From the NCBI GenBank assembly GCA_013239625.1, contig MU054117.1:5235514-5299513 (forward strand): 64,000 nucleotides of DNA. Reading direction: 5' to 3'. The number at the start of each line of letters is the position of its first letter. The stretch's first letter is position 1. The position numbers and the translations under genes were made by a program. This document shows positions 1 to 15,400 of the stretch, one piece after another. The notes under the pieces were generated by a model that did no database searches, had not been told where the DNA came from, and was given only the letters and a program-made list of their open reading frames with translations. The stretch is from Lama guanicoe. Taxonomy: Eukaryota.

Positions 1-12
1 CCTTCTCTCCAG

Positions 13-83
13 GCCTGGCAGTATCTGGGGACCACCCAGGCAGAGAACGAGCAAGAGCTGTTAGCCATCAGCGCGCTGCGGAA
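13..83 (+). CDS. PEX5: PEX5 internal exon (TPR region)
   Basis: ag|GCC TGG CAG TAT... = AWQYLGTTQAENEQELLAISALR, ends AA|gtgagt; matches the mammalian PTS1 receptor. Confidence 0.96.
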
Positions 84-331
84 GTGAGTGCACTGAAAGG
101 TGGGGCCAGGTGGCCCCAGGGCTCTACTCACAGCCGTTAGAATGACAGAGCCTTGTCTTCTTTTTGGCCACTAACAGAAATGTTTTCTCATGATAAAACT
201 CCAGGGTTTGGAATGAATTTGGAGAAACTGGCTCCATTTCTTCACCAGCTCATGGTTTTATTTGTGGGACCCGGGTTGGTTCGTTGGCTGCTGAAATTTG
301 CCCTTTCTCAGATCTGTAACTTAATTCTTAA

Positions 332-694
<363 letters not shown>

Positions 695-857
695 TGAGTG
701 TGAGGGGTTCCTGGGATGGCGAACGGTAACCTGGGTAGAAGGAGGACCTTCACTGTGGAAGTTTGGATGCACTGAGGCTCAGGGTCTAAAGGGGAGACTC
801 GGGATTGGAAGGAAGGAGGGATGCTGGTAGATTGACGCACCTTGGGGATATGATTGA

Positions 858-1241
<384 letters not shown>

Positions 1242-1416
1242 TAGAGGGGTCTGCAGGGGGCTGGAGGCAGTCGCGTTGCGGCCACACAGTGAGCTGTTGA
1301 GGAGACAGGAGCGGGGTAGTAGCTTACACCAGCTACACAGGGGAGCTGGGGGAGATCGCGTGGCATTTGACCTGAGCCTGACTCCTGTTCCTCAGCCTCC
1401 TCCACCCTTGTCCTAG

Positions 1417-1575
<159 letters not shown>

Positions 1576-1666
1576 TGAGAGCGCCTGCTGAGCAGTGAGC
1601 GCATGGACCAGTGGCCTCCTTCTCGGCCTGGGCCCCAGCTCCTCGGTCCCTGATCCTGCTGTTTGA

Positions 1667-1948
<282 letters not shown>

Positions 1949-3137
1949 CAGTGGGACGGGCTGCCCTGCGAGTGTCTGCTAGGAGGGGTCCCCGCTCTGG
2001 ATGTGATTCCCTCTCCCCAAAAGGGCCTACCAAGGGGGTGGGCTGATGACCACAAGCGGTACGGCCTCTCGGGCGCTGCCTCGATGTAGGGGTGGGCGGT
2101 GTTCTCGGTCCTGCATAATCGCAGGAGGATGCGCGGCGGGTCTCTGAGTCCCTTGGTGATTCGAGGGCTGCGCATCCGGCTACAGATCTCTCTGCTCATC
2201 ATGCCTTTTCTGGTGCTGCTTTTTGGGTAGGACCCGGAGAGAGAGGGTAACTGTTGCCATCAGCTGCCGTTTCTGGTCGGGCCTGCCACCCGTCACGCCT
2301 GTCCTTTCCCCGCGCTTCCTGGGAGTTGGTACCGGTGCAGCTGGCTTGGGCAGTGGTGTGCGGCGGGTCCTGTGGAGCGGCTCTGTGACGACTGGATCTG
2401 GGTGGGGTGTGTGAGGGGCTGGCTTGTTTGATTTAAATGTTGATTTGCTCAGCAGAGCTGAGTTTTGTAGGGGTGCTCGTAGTTCTGACACTCTCGGACC
2501 TCTCCCGGCTGTAGCTCGGATTCCCTGGATACGAGGCTGCACGCAGTGATGCTGGCCTCATTCCCGGGGAGCAGAGGGTCCTCAGGAGCTGAGGGGTCGG
2601 TGTGTGGGGTGGAGGGCGGCTCACTGTGGAATGAGTCCAGAGAGGACCAGGCGGGCTCAGGTCCAGGGCTCCGGTCTGGGCCCTGTGGTGGGAGCACAGA
2701 GCCCTTGGGCGAGGATGTCGTGAGGGCAGCCACCCCCCTCCCCTTAGAAGGACCTGCGGGTAGGACCTGAGCTCACTCTTCTGGAATGTTGCTTCAGAAA
2801 TTGCCATCTTGCCAAATTCCTAGCAAAGAGGGGGTTCAGTGTTACCTTGAGCCTTTGCCGTGCTGTTGGGAATGTTTCTAAGGGAGAAGGTGGAAAACCC
2901 CTCCCTTCATCACCTCCACAAGGTGAAGACGGAGGGAGATGCGAGGGAGATGCGGGAGCAGTGGGGGTTCTGCTGAGGGGGGCGCCCTCACCGCGGAGAC
3001 GACTGAGGTGGCCGCTGAGCCTCTTGCCTTGTCTTCAGTAGCTAATGATCAGAGAGATTGTTTTTAAACTGCCATGGTCCCAAGGTTCCATCCTGAAATT
3101 TATTTTTCTTTGTATGAATATGTGTAAATGATTTAAA

Positions 3138-3171
3138 AATAAAACTGTAAAATATTTGTATGAAGAATAAA
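3138..3171 (+). terminator. PEX5 polyadenylation signals (two AATAAA)
   Basis: AATAAA at 3138-3143 and 3166-3171 in an AT-rich patch about 1.2 kb after the stop codon. Confidence 0.75.
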
Positions 3172-6100
3172 TGGAAGTGCCATGGGTATGAGTCCTGCTC
3201 CTGGGTGGGGAGAACTGAGGTTGGGGCGGTGGGCGGTGGGCACTCTTTATCTTTCACATTCTCATCGGTGTATCGATTACTCATCCATCTGCCCTGTAAT
3301 TATTCAGCACCTGATACATTGAGGACATGATCAAGATGGTCAAGGCCCCTGTGCTCCTGGGGCTGATGGTTTAGCAGCAGAGACAGGTGTTTAACAATCG
3401 TGCACTTCTCACACTGTGTTGCTTCTATGCAGGAAGATACGGGGTGCTGGATAGTTGCCTGGTATTGTCTTTTTTGTTATGAATTATCCCATGGGAGGAT
3501 TGTTGTAGTTTTTCAATACTTAGGGCTTCTAAAGGTTTTCATCTGGCTCTACCTGGTTTTATCAGGAACTCTGTCAAGAGCCATAGCACGAGAGGTCTCT
3601 CTCCTGGGGAGAATTTTAAAAATATAAACAAACTTTTGTATTTGGAGATGAATGTCCAGGGCCACGTTAGAATTGGGGAAAAAAAAGTATCTAAAAGAGA
3701 ACTGGCTCAGTAAATTACCCAGACAGTGAAATATATTTTAGCTATTATTTATGGAACACTTTCCAGTGACAGTCAATGCTAGTAATTTAATGAGAAAGAA
3801 AAGGTTAGCAAACCTTACAGGTTAGCTCAAGAAGAAAATGCGTTGAGAAGAGACTAAGGAAATTCCCAGTGTGATAACTGTGTCAAGATTATGAGCAGTT
3901 CTCTCCGGCTTTAGCACACTTCTCTGTAATTTCCAAGTTTCCTTAGTGTGTGGGATGTTTTCGTAGAAAAGAAAACATCAGGGGAGGGGGCATCTGTTGT
4001 CCCCGCCGGGGTGACCTCGGGCTCTGAAGGGCGGGGGTGCAGGGCCCACGGGCCTGGGGATGGACTGGGCAGGCTGAGGCAGTTTCTAGTGTGGAAATGC
4101 AAGGAGGAAAAGAGTGGCGGGGTCAATGGCTTGGGATTGAGCTGACTTCTGGTTTAAGCAAAATCCCCAGGTCGATCCGCTTTGCCTGCACTGGGTGGCA
4201 CGAAGGCTTCCAAGAGGCTGCTTGCACGGTCACTGTCGGGGCCCTCTTGAAGCCACGTCAGATTCAGCCAGTATTGATGGAGAACCTGTCACATGCCAGG
4301 TGCTGTCAGGTACCAGGGTTATAACCCACAGGGCAGACAAGGTCCCTGCGCTCATGGCTTATGCACCGGTTGAAGGAGAAACAAGACAAACAAGCAAATA
4401 AGAACATCTCAGTTACATGTGCTGTGAAGAAGTAAAATGCACCTTGCATTGAAGGGCAGAGCGGGGGCTTGTGGTGGGGGAGCATGAGACCATGCGGTCA
4501 GGAAAGGCCTTTGTTGTGAGGCCAAAGCCAGTGGACACACTTAATTCTGATGTCACTTGACCTAACTGTGGCATTTGATCCTAAGGCAGGTCTTCCATGC
4601 CTGGTTGTGCAGACGGTGCACTGCACAATTCTGGGGAGTGCTGTCAACATGGTCCATGTGAATGATGCCCCCCAGTGGTGCGCGTGTGTGGTCTGGCTGC
4701 GTTCAGTGTCCTTGCATTGATGGCCATTCTCTCCTTTAAATCCTCTCCCCCGCTTCTCTTATTTTTTTCTCTCCTAAGATTTTACTTCTCTGTCTCCTTT
4801 AAGTGTCTTTTTGTCTGTCTTTCCTTAAACCTGCTGTCCCTGGGTCTCCATTCTTGTCTTTCTTTCCTTGCTTTGCAGGATTCTTTGGTGGCTTCGTACA
4901 CACCTGTGGCTGTAACTACCATTTAAATGGTGATAACAGGCCAGATTAGATCTCTGCCCCCGGCCTTGGATGCCTTGCACACTGAACATTCTTTGTCCTC
5001 TACTTGGATGTTTCCCAGTCACCTTCAACCAATTCAAAACAGGAATTTCCTTCCAAAAATTGCTCCTCATTTTGCACTCCCTTGGAGATGTATCAGGAGA
5101 AAACAGTGGATAGGTCTGGCCGCCTCCTCCTTATTTTCCTGTGATACCCCCTTGTCACCCAGTCCTGCAGGATCTAACCCCTCAGTAAGGCCCACAAGGG
5201 TCCTCTGGTTTCTGTACTTCTGCTGTTACTTGCATTCAGGGGTTTGCCGTCTCTCTCGGGTTACCATGAGAGCTTCTTCTTCTTTTTTTTTTTTTTTCTC
5301 ATTTCATTCATTCTCAACCCCTCATCACTAAAACTGATGTACCTCCTTAGATGTGACATGCTGTCTCTTATCTGTGACTTCACACAGTTCGCACAACATA
5401 TAAACACTCGGTCAATGCCTGTTGAATGAACTGGATGCAAGCTAGAAATGTGCGCTGAGAATCAGGACACGCCCAGAGAGCTGACCACCACTTGCAGATA
5501 AATGTTTTGATTCTTCCCTATTTGGAGAAGATGAATTGAAATCCTCGGTCACTGAGCCTTCTGCCTCCAAGGGAAAGTGCCCTGAGACAAAGCCAGGGGA
5601 AGGGTGCTTTCCTAGAAGGCTCTGCTAAAGGAGAGGCACGAGGGTAGCCTCCCCTTCAGAACAAAGCCGTGGAATGAGCCAGTGACCCTGTTCAGCTGGT
5701 TTTCGTATGGAGCGGAGAACACAGCTCCTGGGAAGAGGGCTCTGCAGGGCTGGGGTGTGTGTCCTGCACAGAGGCTCCTCGGTGCCCAGGGCTCATGTGT
5801 CAGCAGTCGTGTGGTGTGACAAGTCTGCAGTGGTGGCTTTGGAGACTGCAGCTTGGCATCAAAGTGATTTGTGAGGGACCCTGGCGCCGGGAATCAGCAG
5901 AGCAGCATGACAGAGACAGCGACGGTGCAGGGGACCGTGCGTGCTGGAGCCGTGATTGCCTTGAGGCCACTGACATCCGACGGACTGCTTTCTGGTGCCT
6001 GGGGCGCTGCGCCTGGTTGGTCCTGCTTTCATTTACACAGGCTGGGAGGAAAGAGGAGAGTATTGGAGCAGAACTCAACCATGGCCAACTGATGAGAGAG

Positions 6101-7579
6101 TCAGGAGGGAGCTCTGCAAACAGCACGCTGGCATGCGCACACACACGGATCCTCAAGAAAACGCCAGTAGAGCACAGGACTTCTTAGAACCAAGGAATAT
6201 GGTTTTCTAAGTAAAGATGCAATAGAGAAACAAAGGATGATCACTGCTGCGAACCAAGCTGATGACCCGAAAAGCAAGCAAACATTATAGAAAGTGATAA
6301 AAACATAGAAAAAATAATGAGAGGAAAGACAGGGCATTAGGAGGACAGATCTAGAAAACCTAATGTATAAAACTGAGAAATTACAAAAGGAGAACAAATG
6401 AAAAAGTGAATTAAACGAACAATGGAAATTATCCCTGGGCTCAAGTCTCAATTAAAAAGCTACACTGAGTCCCACATAAGATTAATTAAAAAACGGCGCT
6501 CCCTGGTGTTAATTGGGATGGTAGGATTCTCCCTATGTGGAGAAACTTAGTCACAAGCACAGGGTGGCCTTAATTACTATAACTGATGGTGAGGTTGGAG
6601 CGGAAACCAGGGGACCCTGACCCGAAGGAAACTGGGGTGACTGTTAATAGACATGGCATCCCTAAGAGCGCGTGGTTGGTAGCCAATGAAAGACAGTATT
6701 GCAAAGGGCTGATGGCAGCTGTTCAATGGAAAATCACGGTCCCTCGCCCAGGCTCAAGGTCTTAGTTATCGATTGAAAGGGAGACTAGGCCCCTTTGAAA
6801 AGGAGCCATGCGATGCTACCACAAATATATTCAATAAATATATCTCCAAATCCTCTGTAAAGGGACCGACGACTATATATCAGTAATCGAATACTAGAGA
6901 AAAGAGAATATCCAAATTTTTAAGGGACCTAAAATGCCATCATGACCTTACTTGATCTACTGGGGACTGAATGGAAGCCAGGATTGTGTGGCGTCCTGGC
7001 CCAAGTCCTTCGCGCCGTGGGTCTAGTGTGATGTTTCTTTCACTATTTAGCTTTTCCTGACTAATGCAAATCAGTTATCGTTTCTGAAACCATCGTCCCT
7101 GCTGGTTTCCCAGACTCAGACCTTACTTCCCAACTCTCCCTCACCCCCACGTCCCATCAGTGACTAAGCTGTACTAACTGAGCCTCTTATTCATTGTTTA
7201 ACATGGTTAAGTCTGTAACACTCGCTACAAAGACTACATTTAGCTTAGCATGTAATTTATAAAGCACAATAATGAAATTCTTTCCAGCTTCAGAACGAGA
7301 ATGTTATCAAGGACACTGAAACCCTGTGCTCCCCTCCGTTTTATCTCCCTGTCTTTTCTGAAGAAGTAACCATTATCCCGCTTTTTACAAAATTCCTCTG
7401 CTTCCCTAAACAATAGTGTGCTCATTTTCGAGTTTTCTGAAAATGATGCCATTCTGTTGTAGTTTTCTGGGATTTGCTTGTATTCATTTCACATTGTATT
7501 TCTGTTTCTGGCTTTCTATTTGGTTTCATTTATCTTTTGTCTGTCCCTGTGCCAATACTAGCTGCCTTAATAATCTAAC

Positions 7580-8420
7580 TATGTCAGAAGCGTTTGTCTC
7601 CTTCTGAGGGAGTCCTCTCCCCCCGTTGATTCATGCTGAGTTAACAAAAATCCTGAGCCTTTGCTCTTACATATATTTATGTATGTACATATATATGAAT
7701 ATTATATATCTATATATGTATATATTTAAAGAATTTATTAAGTTCCGTGAGAAAGCCTATTGAAATATTAATTGGGATTGCATTTAATCTGTGGATGAAT
7801 TTGGAGAGGAGGTAGCATCTTTATGATGATTATTCTGTTCCATGAAACTTGTATAAATATCTTTCAATTTATTTAAATCCTTATTATTGTTTTAATGGAA
7901 AGTTTTATATTGTTAGATTTGCTTCTAGGTACTTGTTTGCTATTATAAATTACATCTTTATTAAATTATACATTAAAATGGTTGTTTTTTGTATATGAAG
8001 ATGCAATAGATTTTTTTTTGTATAATGATTTTATATCCAATTGCCAAATTCTCTTACAAATTCAGTAGGTTTAGTTAATCTGGTAATAGATTCTGAAGGA
8101 TTTTCTACAATTGTAGTTAATTATAACATATAAAATCAGTGGTCTTTTTCTTTCTCTCCAATACTTGTAACTTCTATTGTATCTTTTTCTCATGCTGTGC
8201 AATCAATAACATCCAACACAATTTTGAATAAAAGAGTTTGTTCTCACTTGTGTATGCAATGTTTCTAACTTTTTACTGGTAAAAAAATTTTTGCTGTAAT
8301 TTTTTTGTAAAAACAATTTATCACTTTACAAGAGCTTCTGTTTTCCTTACTTGCTTTCTTTTATAAAAAATGTAATTATATTAAAAAACATGAACGTGTG
8401 TTGAATTTTTTAGAAATCTT
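7580..8420 (-). mobile_element. Old degraded LINE-1 fragment
   Basis: T-rich sequence with antisense L1 ORF2-like phrases (attgggattgcatttaatctgtggatgaatttgg; atgcaatagattttt...gattttatatcca); boundaries approximate. Confidence 0.55.
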
Positions 8421-9115
8421 CAGATAAATATAAATTACAACTAATTATTACAATCTGTTTTATTCCAAAGTTCTAGTCATTTTGAGATTTTAGAAATTAT
8501 ATTGAAGCTAACATCAATGAACAATACAATTACTGTTGATTTTCCAAATGTGTCAGAGAAACGTGGCATTTAAAATTTTACTCAGACTGAGTAAATGGGC
8601 TAACTTTGTAGTCTACGTAATTTGTGCTAATGAGGAAGACTAAGAAAACTATTTTATAAAGACATTAATTATTTAAATTACTAAATTTAAGTATTAATTA
8701 AAACTATTTAAACACCTGCATGAACACACATCTATATATACTTACATATTCTTAAATAATGGCAAAGGTAATGACTTACTGTATCTCTAAGGCAAGTATG
8801 AGTAATTTAGGAAGATTCGTGTAATCTAGGTTATAGGAAAGAAAAATCCAAAGTCTTGCATAAGCTACAATGCTACATTTGCATTTTTATTTTCTAATGT
8901 AGGAAAAATCAGGCAGAACGTATATAGAAATATTGTACGTCTAAAATTCATGTATCAATTTACTTTGATCCAAGTGAACTTGGATAAAAATTTTATTCTC
9001 ACATTTATTTTTACCATCATAACTTCTTTTTTTTTGGTTTTAAGATCTTAGGACAGAAAGTTTTAAAATATCTTTCAATTTGTAATAATATATTTGAAAG
9101 GAATTTAGATCTGGA

Positions 9116-9242
9116 TTTTTTTTTTTGGAGGGGGTAATTAGGTTTGTTTATTTATTTATTTTAAGAGGAGGTACTGGGGATTGAACCCAGGACCTTGTGT
9201 ATGCTAGGCATGCACACCACTACTGACCTATACCCTCCCCCC
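9116..9242 (-). mobile_element. tRNA-derived SINE, camelid Vic-1-like
   Basis: Minus strand reads GGGGGGAGGGTATAGGTCAGTAGTGG...GTCCTGGGTTCAATCCCCAGTACCTCC (A/B-box-like), then an (AAAT)n spacer and A tail; family assigned from recall. Confidence 0.75.
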
Positions 9243-9343
9243 GGTACCCCTATCTTGTTCTCTATATCTGTGATTCTATTTCTGTTTTCAATTTATCCAT
9301 TTTTTTCCCTCTAGAAATATGTAACTGCTGTAGATGCTGCTGC

Positions 9344-9864
9344 TTTTTTTTTTTTAATTGAAGTACCATCAGTTACAATGTGTCACTTTCTGGTGTACAG
9401 CACAATGTCCCAGTCATGCATATACATACATATATTCATTTTCAAAATTTTTTTCATTAAAGGTTATTACAAGATATTGAGCATAGTTCCCTGTGCTCTA
9501 CAGCAGAAACTTTAAAAAAATCTATTTTTATATATAGTGGCTAACATTTGTAAATCTCAAACTCCCAAATTTATCCCTTCCCATCCCCTTTCCCCAGTAA
9601 CCATAAGATTGTTTACTATGTCTGAGTCTGTTTCTGTTTTGTAGATGAGTTCATAGTGTCCTTTTTTAAATTTGTTTTCTTTTTTTCAGATTCCACATAT
9701 GAGTGATAACATATGGTATTTTTCTTTCTCTTTCTGTCTTACTTCACTTAGAATGACAATCTCTAGGTCCATCCATGTTGCTGCAAATGGCATTATTTCA
9801 TTCTTTTTTTGTGGCTGAATAGTATTCCATTGTATAAATATACCATAGCTTCTTTCTCTAGTTC
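9344..9864 (-). mobile_element. 5'-truncated LINE-1 3' end with target-site duplication
   Basis: Poly-T at the left end, L1 3' sequence (ttccacatatgagtgataacatatggtatttttctttctc), direct repeat AGATGCTGCT at 9332-9341 and 9865-9874. Confidence 0.85.
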
Positions 9865-10907
9865 AGATGCTGCTTCTGAATCAAAAGGCTGGAGTTCCCT
9901 TGGGGTCCTGAAATCATAGGTTTTCTATTCACTATTTTTCTTTTTTAAAATCTTTATTGTTCAGAGTATTTGCCATTTAAAAAAATTCAGTATCTTTCAG
10001 TGTTCTTAGGCATTCATGCAGGAAAACAGACTCTCAGTTGTTCAAACAATATATGAAAATTATTAAAGTTTGGTCACATTAGCCATTACACGGCAGCCTT
10101 GTATTTCAAAGAAAAGAAAAGAAAAGAAATAGTTCAATGAGAGGAAAAAACCCCCATCTACAGTCTCAGGATAAAACCATCAAACAGCTTGTCCTAGGAT
10201 TTCTAGCAAGTCACGCATTTATTCTACACTTTAAGGCAGTGGGTCCCTTGTCTTAAGGAAAGGCTGCCACCTAGAGCCATGCCTTTTGTTCTCTAAGCTT
10301 TATTCTGGTAAAAGGCTCCTAATAATCTGGGGACACATCCTCTGATCCTTGCTGGATGGCTTAATCTCAAATGCCACACGAAAATGAAACTGCCTCCAGC
10401 TCAGGCAATTTGTATCTAACTTGACAATGTTTTCAAATAATTTTGAAAATTTTCAAGAGGACAGAGCGTAAATACTCTTCCTTTGAATTTGACTACACAG
10501 GCTTCAAAAAATTTATGTGTGAACAACATTTGGCAGGTGCCACTATGCTGAAAAACGATTGCTACCATCACTATCACATATTTGAAGTTCTCTTACTTGC
10601 TGAAGGTTCTCAAAGCCAAAGTAATTCTACGTTTTTTGGACCACATTAAAGGCAAGCACAAGTCAGACAGGCTCCAAACTCAAAAGATGTAATCACTTGG
10701 AGTCATTATCCTCTGCCTTTCATCTCTTCTCAGTTGAATCAACCAGCTCAAGGCACTGGAGTTTAGTTTCAGTGAGAACCAATTAATTGCAATCTCTTTG
10801 TTTGAATGAATGGTCCGATAGAAGAAGAAAACATCATATGGAGATGATCCAGTAGGAGGAGGAACAGCTCTAGGGAGTCCAAATTATTTGCTCCCGCCAA
10901 CTCCCGA

Positions 10908-10926
10908 CCAACAGCAGATGGCGCCA
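10908..10926 (+). promoter_or_regulatory. Candidate CTCF site
   Basis: CAACAGCAGATGGCGCCA resembles the CTCF core consensus, inside a small CpG-retaining patch; motif evidence only. Confidence 0.45.
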
Positions 10927-11004
10927 AACGACCTTAGTAGCAACAGATCGCTCTGTTACCACCTCCTCGACCATCTTCGGATTCACACTCGTTTATACAG
11001 GATT

Positions 11005-11285
11005 GCTGGGAGTGATGGATGACAGCATAGACTCGGGAGTCAGACAGACTGGCTTTACATTACTGCATCTGTCCCCAGTACCTCCATTATAAACAAACAA
11101 ATACCGCATTTGCTAGCTGAGTGACCTTGGATGAGTTTTTAACTTGGTTTTTCTCTTTATAGCATAGGGATGTTAGTAAAAACTCTGTCTCATGGGATTG
11201 TTGTGAAAATTACATGAATTATCACATATAATCACAGGCAATATTTCCTTGTGCATATTAGCTTCCCAAGTGTTATTTGTTAATG
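11005..11285 (+). mobile_element. MIR-like SINE
   Basis: gactcgggagtcagacagactgg...ctagctgagtgaccttggatgagtttttaac...tctcatgggattgttgtgaaaattacatga resembles the MIR core. Confidence 0.6.
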
Positions 11286-11832
11286 GGTACACAATATAAA
11301 AAGAGATAGGTTGAGACATCAAAAGCATCAAATTTAGGAGGGAAATAAAAGTGTAAGTTTTTGTATTTGATTACAATTACATTGTTATCAGAATAAAATT
11401 GACCGTTATATATATAAGATGCTTTTTGTAAGCCTCATGGTGATCAAAAAGTAAAAACCCACAGTAGACACACAGAAGTTAAAGGGAAGGGAGTCAAAGC
11501 ATACCGTTATCCAAAATGATCAGTTCACAAAGGAAGATCACAAAAGAGGAAGAAAGAAACAAGGGAACTAAAAACATAAAGCAAGAAACCAGTAGGATGA
11601 TATTAGCAAAGCCTTTCCAGCCACTCTGCCTTCTAACCTTTGGAAAGCAGTGCAGGTCCATTGTCAAAAAGAACCCAAACTTCTTATAGTTGATCCTAAG
11701 TGTCTGTGAAATCCACAGGACGAAGCAAGCCAGTTATTAACTTTTCTATAAAATTGCATTTGTCTCTGCAGTCTTACTTGGGTGGGTGCCTAGATGTCCC
11801 TGTTTTTTTGATCCTCTTCCCTATTTCCTTTT

Positions 11833-12438
11833 TTTTTTAAACTTTTTTTATTGAGTTATAGTCATTTTACAATGTTGTGTCAAATTCCAGTGTAGAGCAC
11901 AATTTTTCAGTTATACATGAACATACATACATTCATCGTCACATTCTCTTTTGCTGTGAGCCACCACAGGATCTTGTATATATTTCCGTGTGCTACACAG
12001 TACAATCTTGTTTATTTATTCTACGTTTTGAAATCCCAGTCCCTTCCCACCACCCGTCCCCCTGGCAACCACAAGTTTGTATTCTATGTCTATGAGTCTG
12101 TTTCTGTTTTGTGTTTATGTTTTTTTGTTCTTTTTTTAGATTCCACATATGAGCGATGTCATATGGTATTTTTCTTTCTCTTTCTGGCTTACTACACTTA
12201 GAATGACATTCTCCAGTAACACCCATGTTGCTGCAAATGGCATTACGTTGTCGGTTTTTATGGCTGAATACTACTCCATTGTATAAATATACCACATCTT
12301 CTTTATTCAGTCATCTGTTGATGGACATTTGGGCTGTTTCCATGTCTTGGCTGTTGTAAATAGTGCTGCTATGAACATTGGGGTGCAGGTGTCATTTTGA
12401 AGTAGGGTTCCTTCTGGATATATGCCCAGGAGCGGGTC
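11833..12438 (-). mobile_element. 5'-truncated LINE-1 3' end with 14-bp target-site duplication
   Basis: T tract, L1 3' UTR/ORF2-end sequence, direct repeat CCCTATTTCCTTTT at 11819-11832 and 12439-12452. Confidence 0.87.
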
Positions 12439-15400
12439 CCCTATTTCCTTTTGATTTCTTTCCTTCCATTCTCACAGTTAAGGCTGCATTCTGCTACTCT
12501 ACCTGAGCTAATGTAGTTACATGTAGTAACAAGTTTGTTGATGAATATTTAACGTCACTTTTGAATGACTGATTTCTTTCCGCTTCGGGACAGCTGCTAT
12601 GAGTTACAGATCGGGGAGGACCAGGCTTCCTGGGCCACCGAGCCTCCTGGGAATATAGCTCCCCCAAATCTGTTCGGCACACATGTACCCTGCCTTTGCA
12701 TCCTGACCTTTCTGCTTCTCTTCTAACTGTTGAGTTGCCCTTAAGCATCCTTCAAGATCGGCTGAAGAGGGCTCTCCTTCCGCAAAGTGAAAGACAAATT
12801 AAGCTGTTTCTCTGTTTAAACGCAGGAACTCTTTCCGCACCTCATCTCCTTCCCTACGTCACAAAGCAGTGGCACAGTTCTTTTTTAATAGCAAATTTTC
12901 TTCCTGTTATATTCCTGTGTGGTTTTAAGTGAAAAGCCACCAAATGATGTTCTATATAAAGATCTTGTCTCCTCTGTCGGTTTGATTAAGACTTAATAAG
13001 AAGCCACACGGTCTCCACCTGTTCGTATGTTGTGGTTGTTCTTGTGTATCTCCTGAGACAGAGATCTGCGGTGTTTGTGGTCACACGTTTCTTGCTGATA
13101 AGCTGCTTGTTTTTGAAAATCAAAATTTCCCTTATTAATTGCTGAAACCTTATTCCTTTGAAACAAAAATACCAGTTACCTAAATAATGTCCTCAAAAAT
13201 ACTATTTTACTTAAGATAATTTCTCTTAAGTGTCTAGCACAGCGCCATCCAGTCATTCAATAGACAGTAGTTGAGCATCTGTTAAGTTGTGGATGTTGTT
13301 AATAAAGACACTCTCCTTGAAACCTAGTTTGGGAGATTACGTGGCACATACAGAAATGAGTTAAAAATCTCAGGCACCCTGGTCGCAGTGCCTGGGAGGC
13401 AGAGTGGGGGAACAAAGAAGGTATGTAGGCACAGGTCTTACTCCAGTCTTGGGCCCGAGCAGGGTCTCAGCAGATGCCCGCAGCCTGCAGGGCTCTTAGC
13501 TGGCATGTCCAGGTGGGGACGGACTCAGCGATAAGGAATAGAGAAGCTGTTCACAGACTTCTTAGCTCTTAGAGGGAAGAACACATTTTGCTGTATTCTC
13601 AGTGTTTCTGTCTGCAGGCAGGACTAAGCTGCACCAAAGCTCCATGTGCAACAGAACATCAGCGTGGAGAGTCAGGTACCCTGTACAGGTGCCATTTGGA
13701 ACACGCAGTTTCCAGGCAGGAAAGATTGGGACTAGAGAATCATACTTGGGCTTTTTCCTGCCTCCACTCAGAAGTGACGTGTGACACCCACTGACATTTC
13801 ATTGGCCAGAACTAGTCTAGGAAAATAAGTAATCGATGAGTGTTACTGTCTATGTCACACCCTTCAATAAAACTTTGACAGTGATGCTGTCAGCTTTTCC
13901 TTGCCTTGGGGAAGCTTCTGAATTCAGATCTGTGCAGAAATTGAATGCGATCTGACCCTCCCCAGAGTGGAATTTGAAGACATTTTATATTTGATTCCTG
14001 TGGCTCGTGTGTCTCTGACTCCCTTACCTCCACTTCAGTCTGTGCTAAGTGTGGTTAGTCAGGTCTGTGTCTCCCGTGTTCCCCACCTCCCTTGTCCCCC
14101 AGTAGTTACTAACTGCAGGGTTATTTTCATCCTTTGTTAGTACATTCATCTCATTAACTTATGCAGTATTTCTTGAGCTCTGACTATGTGCCTTTAGGGG
14201 GCCTAAAAGAGACACTGAAGAATGACACAGTCCTTGTTCTCAATAAGCTTCCAGGAGACAGTAAGCAAGTTTGTGCAAATTAAATAGACAAAGCAGTAAT
14301 TTTGAGCCGTAAGAATCAGACAGAGCTTCACAGAGGTGACAGCTCTGTGTGTTTATAAACATGGGGAGATTTGGGAATTGCCTGTCTGTAGTGGGCTTGC
14401 AATCATGTCCTGTAGAATTCAAATATGTAAAAATGTAGTATTCTCTATTTTATAACTGATTTCATCTTGCTCACTAGCAAGGGGTGTTCGTGTGGATTAA
14501 AAACTTTCATAAAGTTGACTCAGGCTCTTCCATTTAAAATGTGTTCATTCTTCAACTTAGCTTAGGTTCAGTGTGGTAAGTACTTTGTCAGTTCTAGGTT
14601 CAAAATCCCTGTTGTGTTTTGTTTTCCTCTTTCAGGAGGCATCTCTCGGTTTCTCCTCCCAAAGATGGTGTCTGGGTTGAGGGAAATTCTTACCACCCTC
14701 ATGGCAGTGGGGAAGGGTCCTTGGTCTGTATGATTTCCACTTAATACCTACTTGTCTTTGATTTAGTCGCTTTGCCCTTTTGTGGCTTCTGGGCATCACG
14801 TGCTTGACCTGTGGAGAAATAAACCAGGCCAATTCAGTGCCAAGCTCTTTGCTAGATGTTGCCAGTCACAGACTGCAAAGGACCAAAGCGAGATGATGGT
14901 CTGGACCTCAGCCAGCTCATGATGTTGCTCTTTCATGCACTTGTGAAGAAGCTGGTCTTTGGTAAAGGAGAATTTACTAACCCCTGTACCCCCCACACAA
15001 GGAACTCAGATTGGTGAGGTGGATCTCCAGTGTTTTGGTGAAAGAAGTCAATTAATGATTTCCTTTTACTGTTGTACAGATCTTTTTTAATTCACAAGGG
15101 ATGTTTCGTATCTTGGTCTCTATGTTTCTGATAGGTCCCGAGGAACTACCCCTCAAGCAAGGATGTTGAATTACTCACTTCCCCAGAAAAGAGATTATGA
15201 CTTAACCTCTCAAACTTCCACTTTCTCATGGTAAATTGGGAATACTAATGCTACATTACAATATTGCTGTAACACATTGTACAGTGTTACAATCCACAAA
15301 GCCAACTGAGCAGTTATCCTCAGTAACAGAACAGAACTCTGTCTTCTCTTTACCCCTGCACTTGTCATTCAACAAAGAAGCTGCTGAACTAAAATTTTGT

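Noticed and set aside
6490..7030. Possible ERVL/MaLR internal remnant
   Set aside because: Resemblance too faint to support without a repeat library search
9160..9242. tRNA-like A/B boxes (GGTTCAATCCC on the minus strand)
   Set aside because: Followed by an AT-rich spacer and A tail; this is a SINE head, not a tRNA gene
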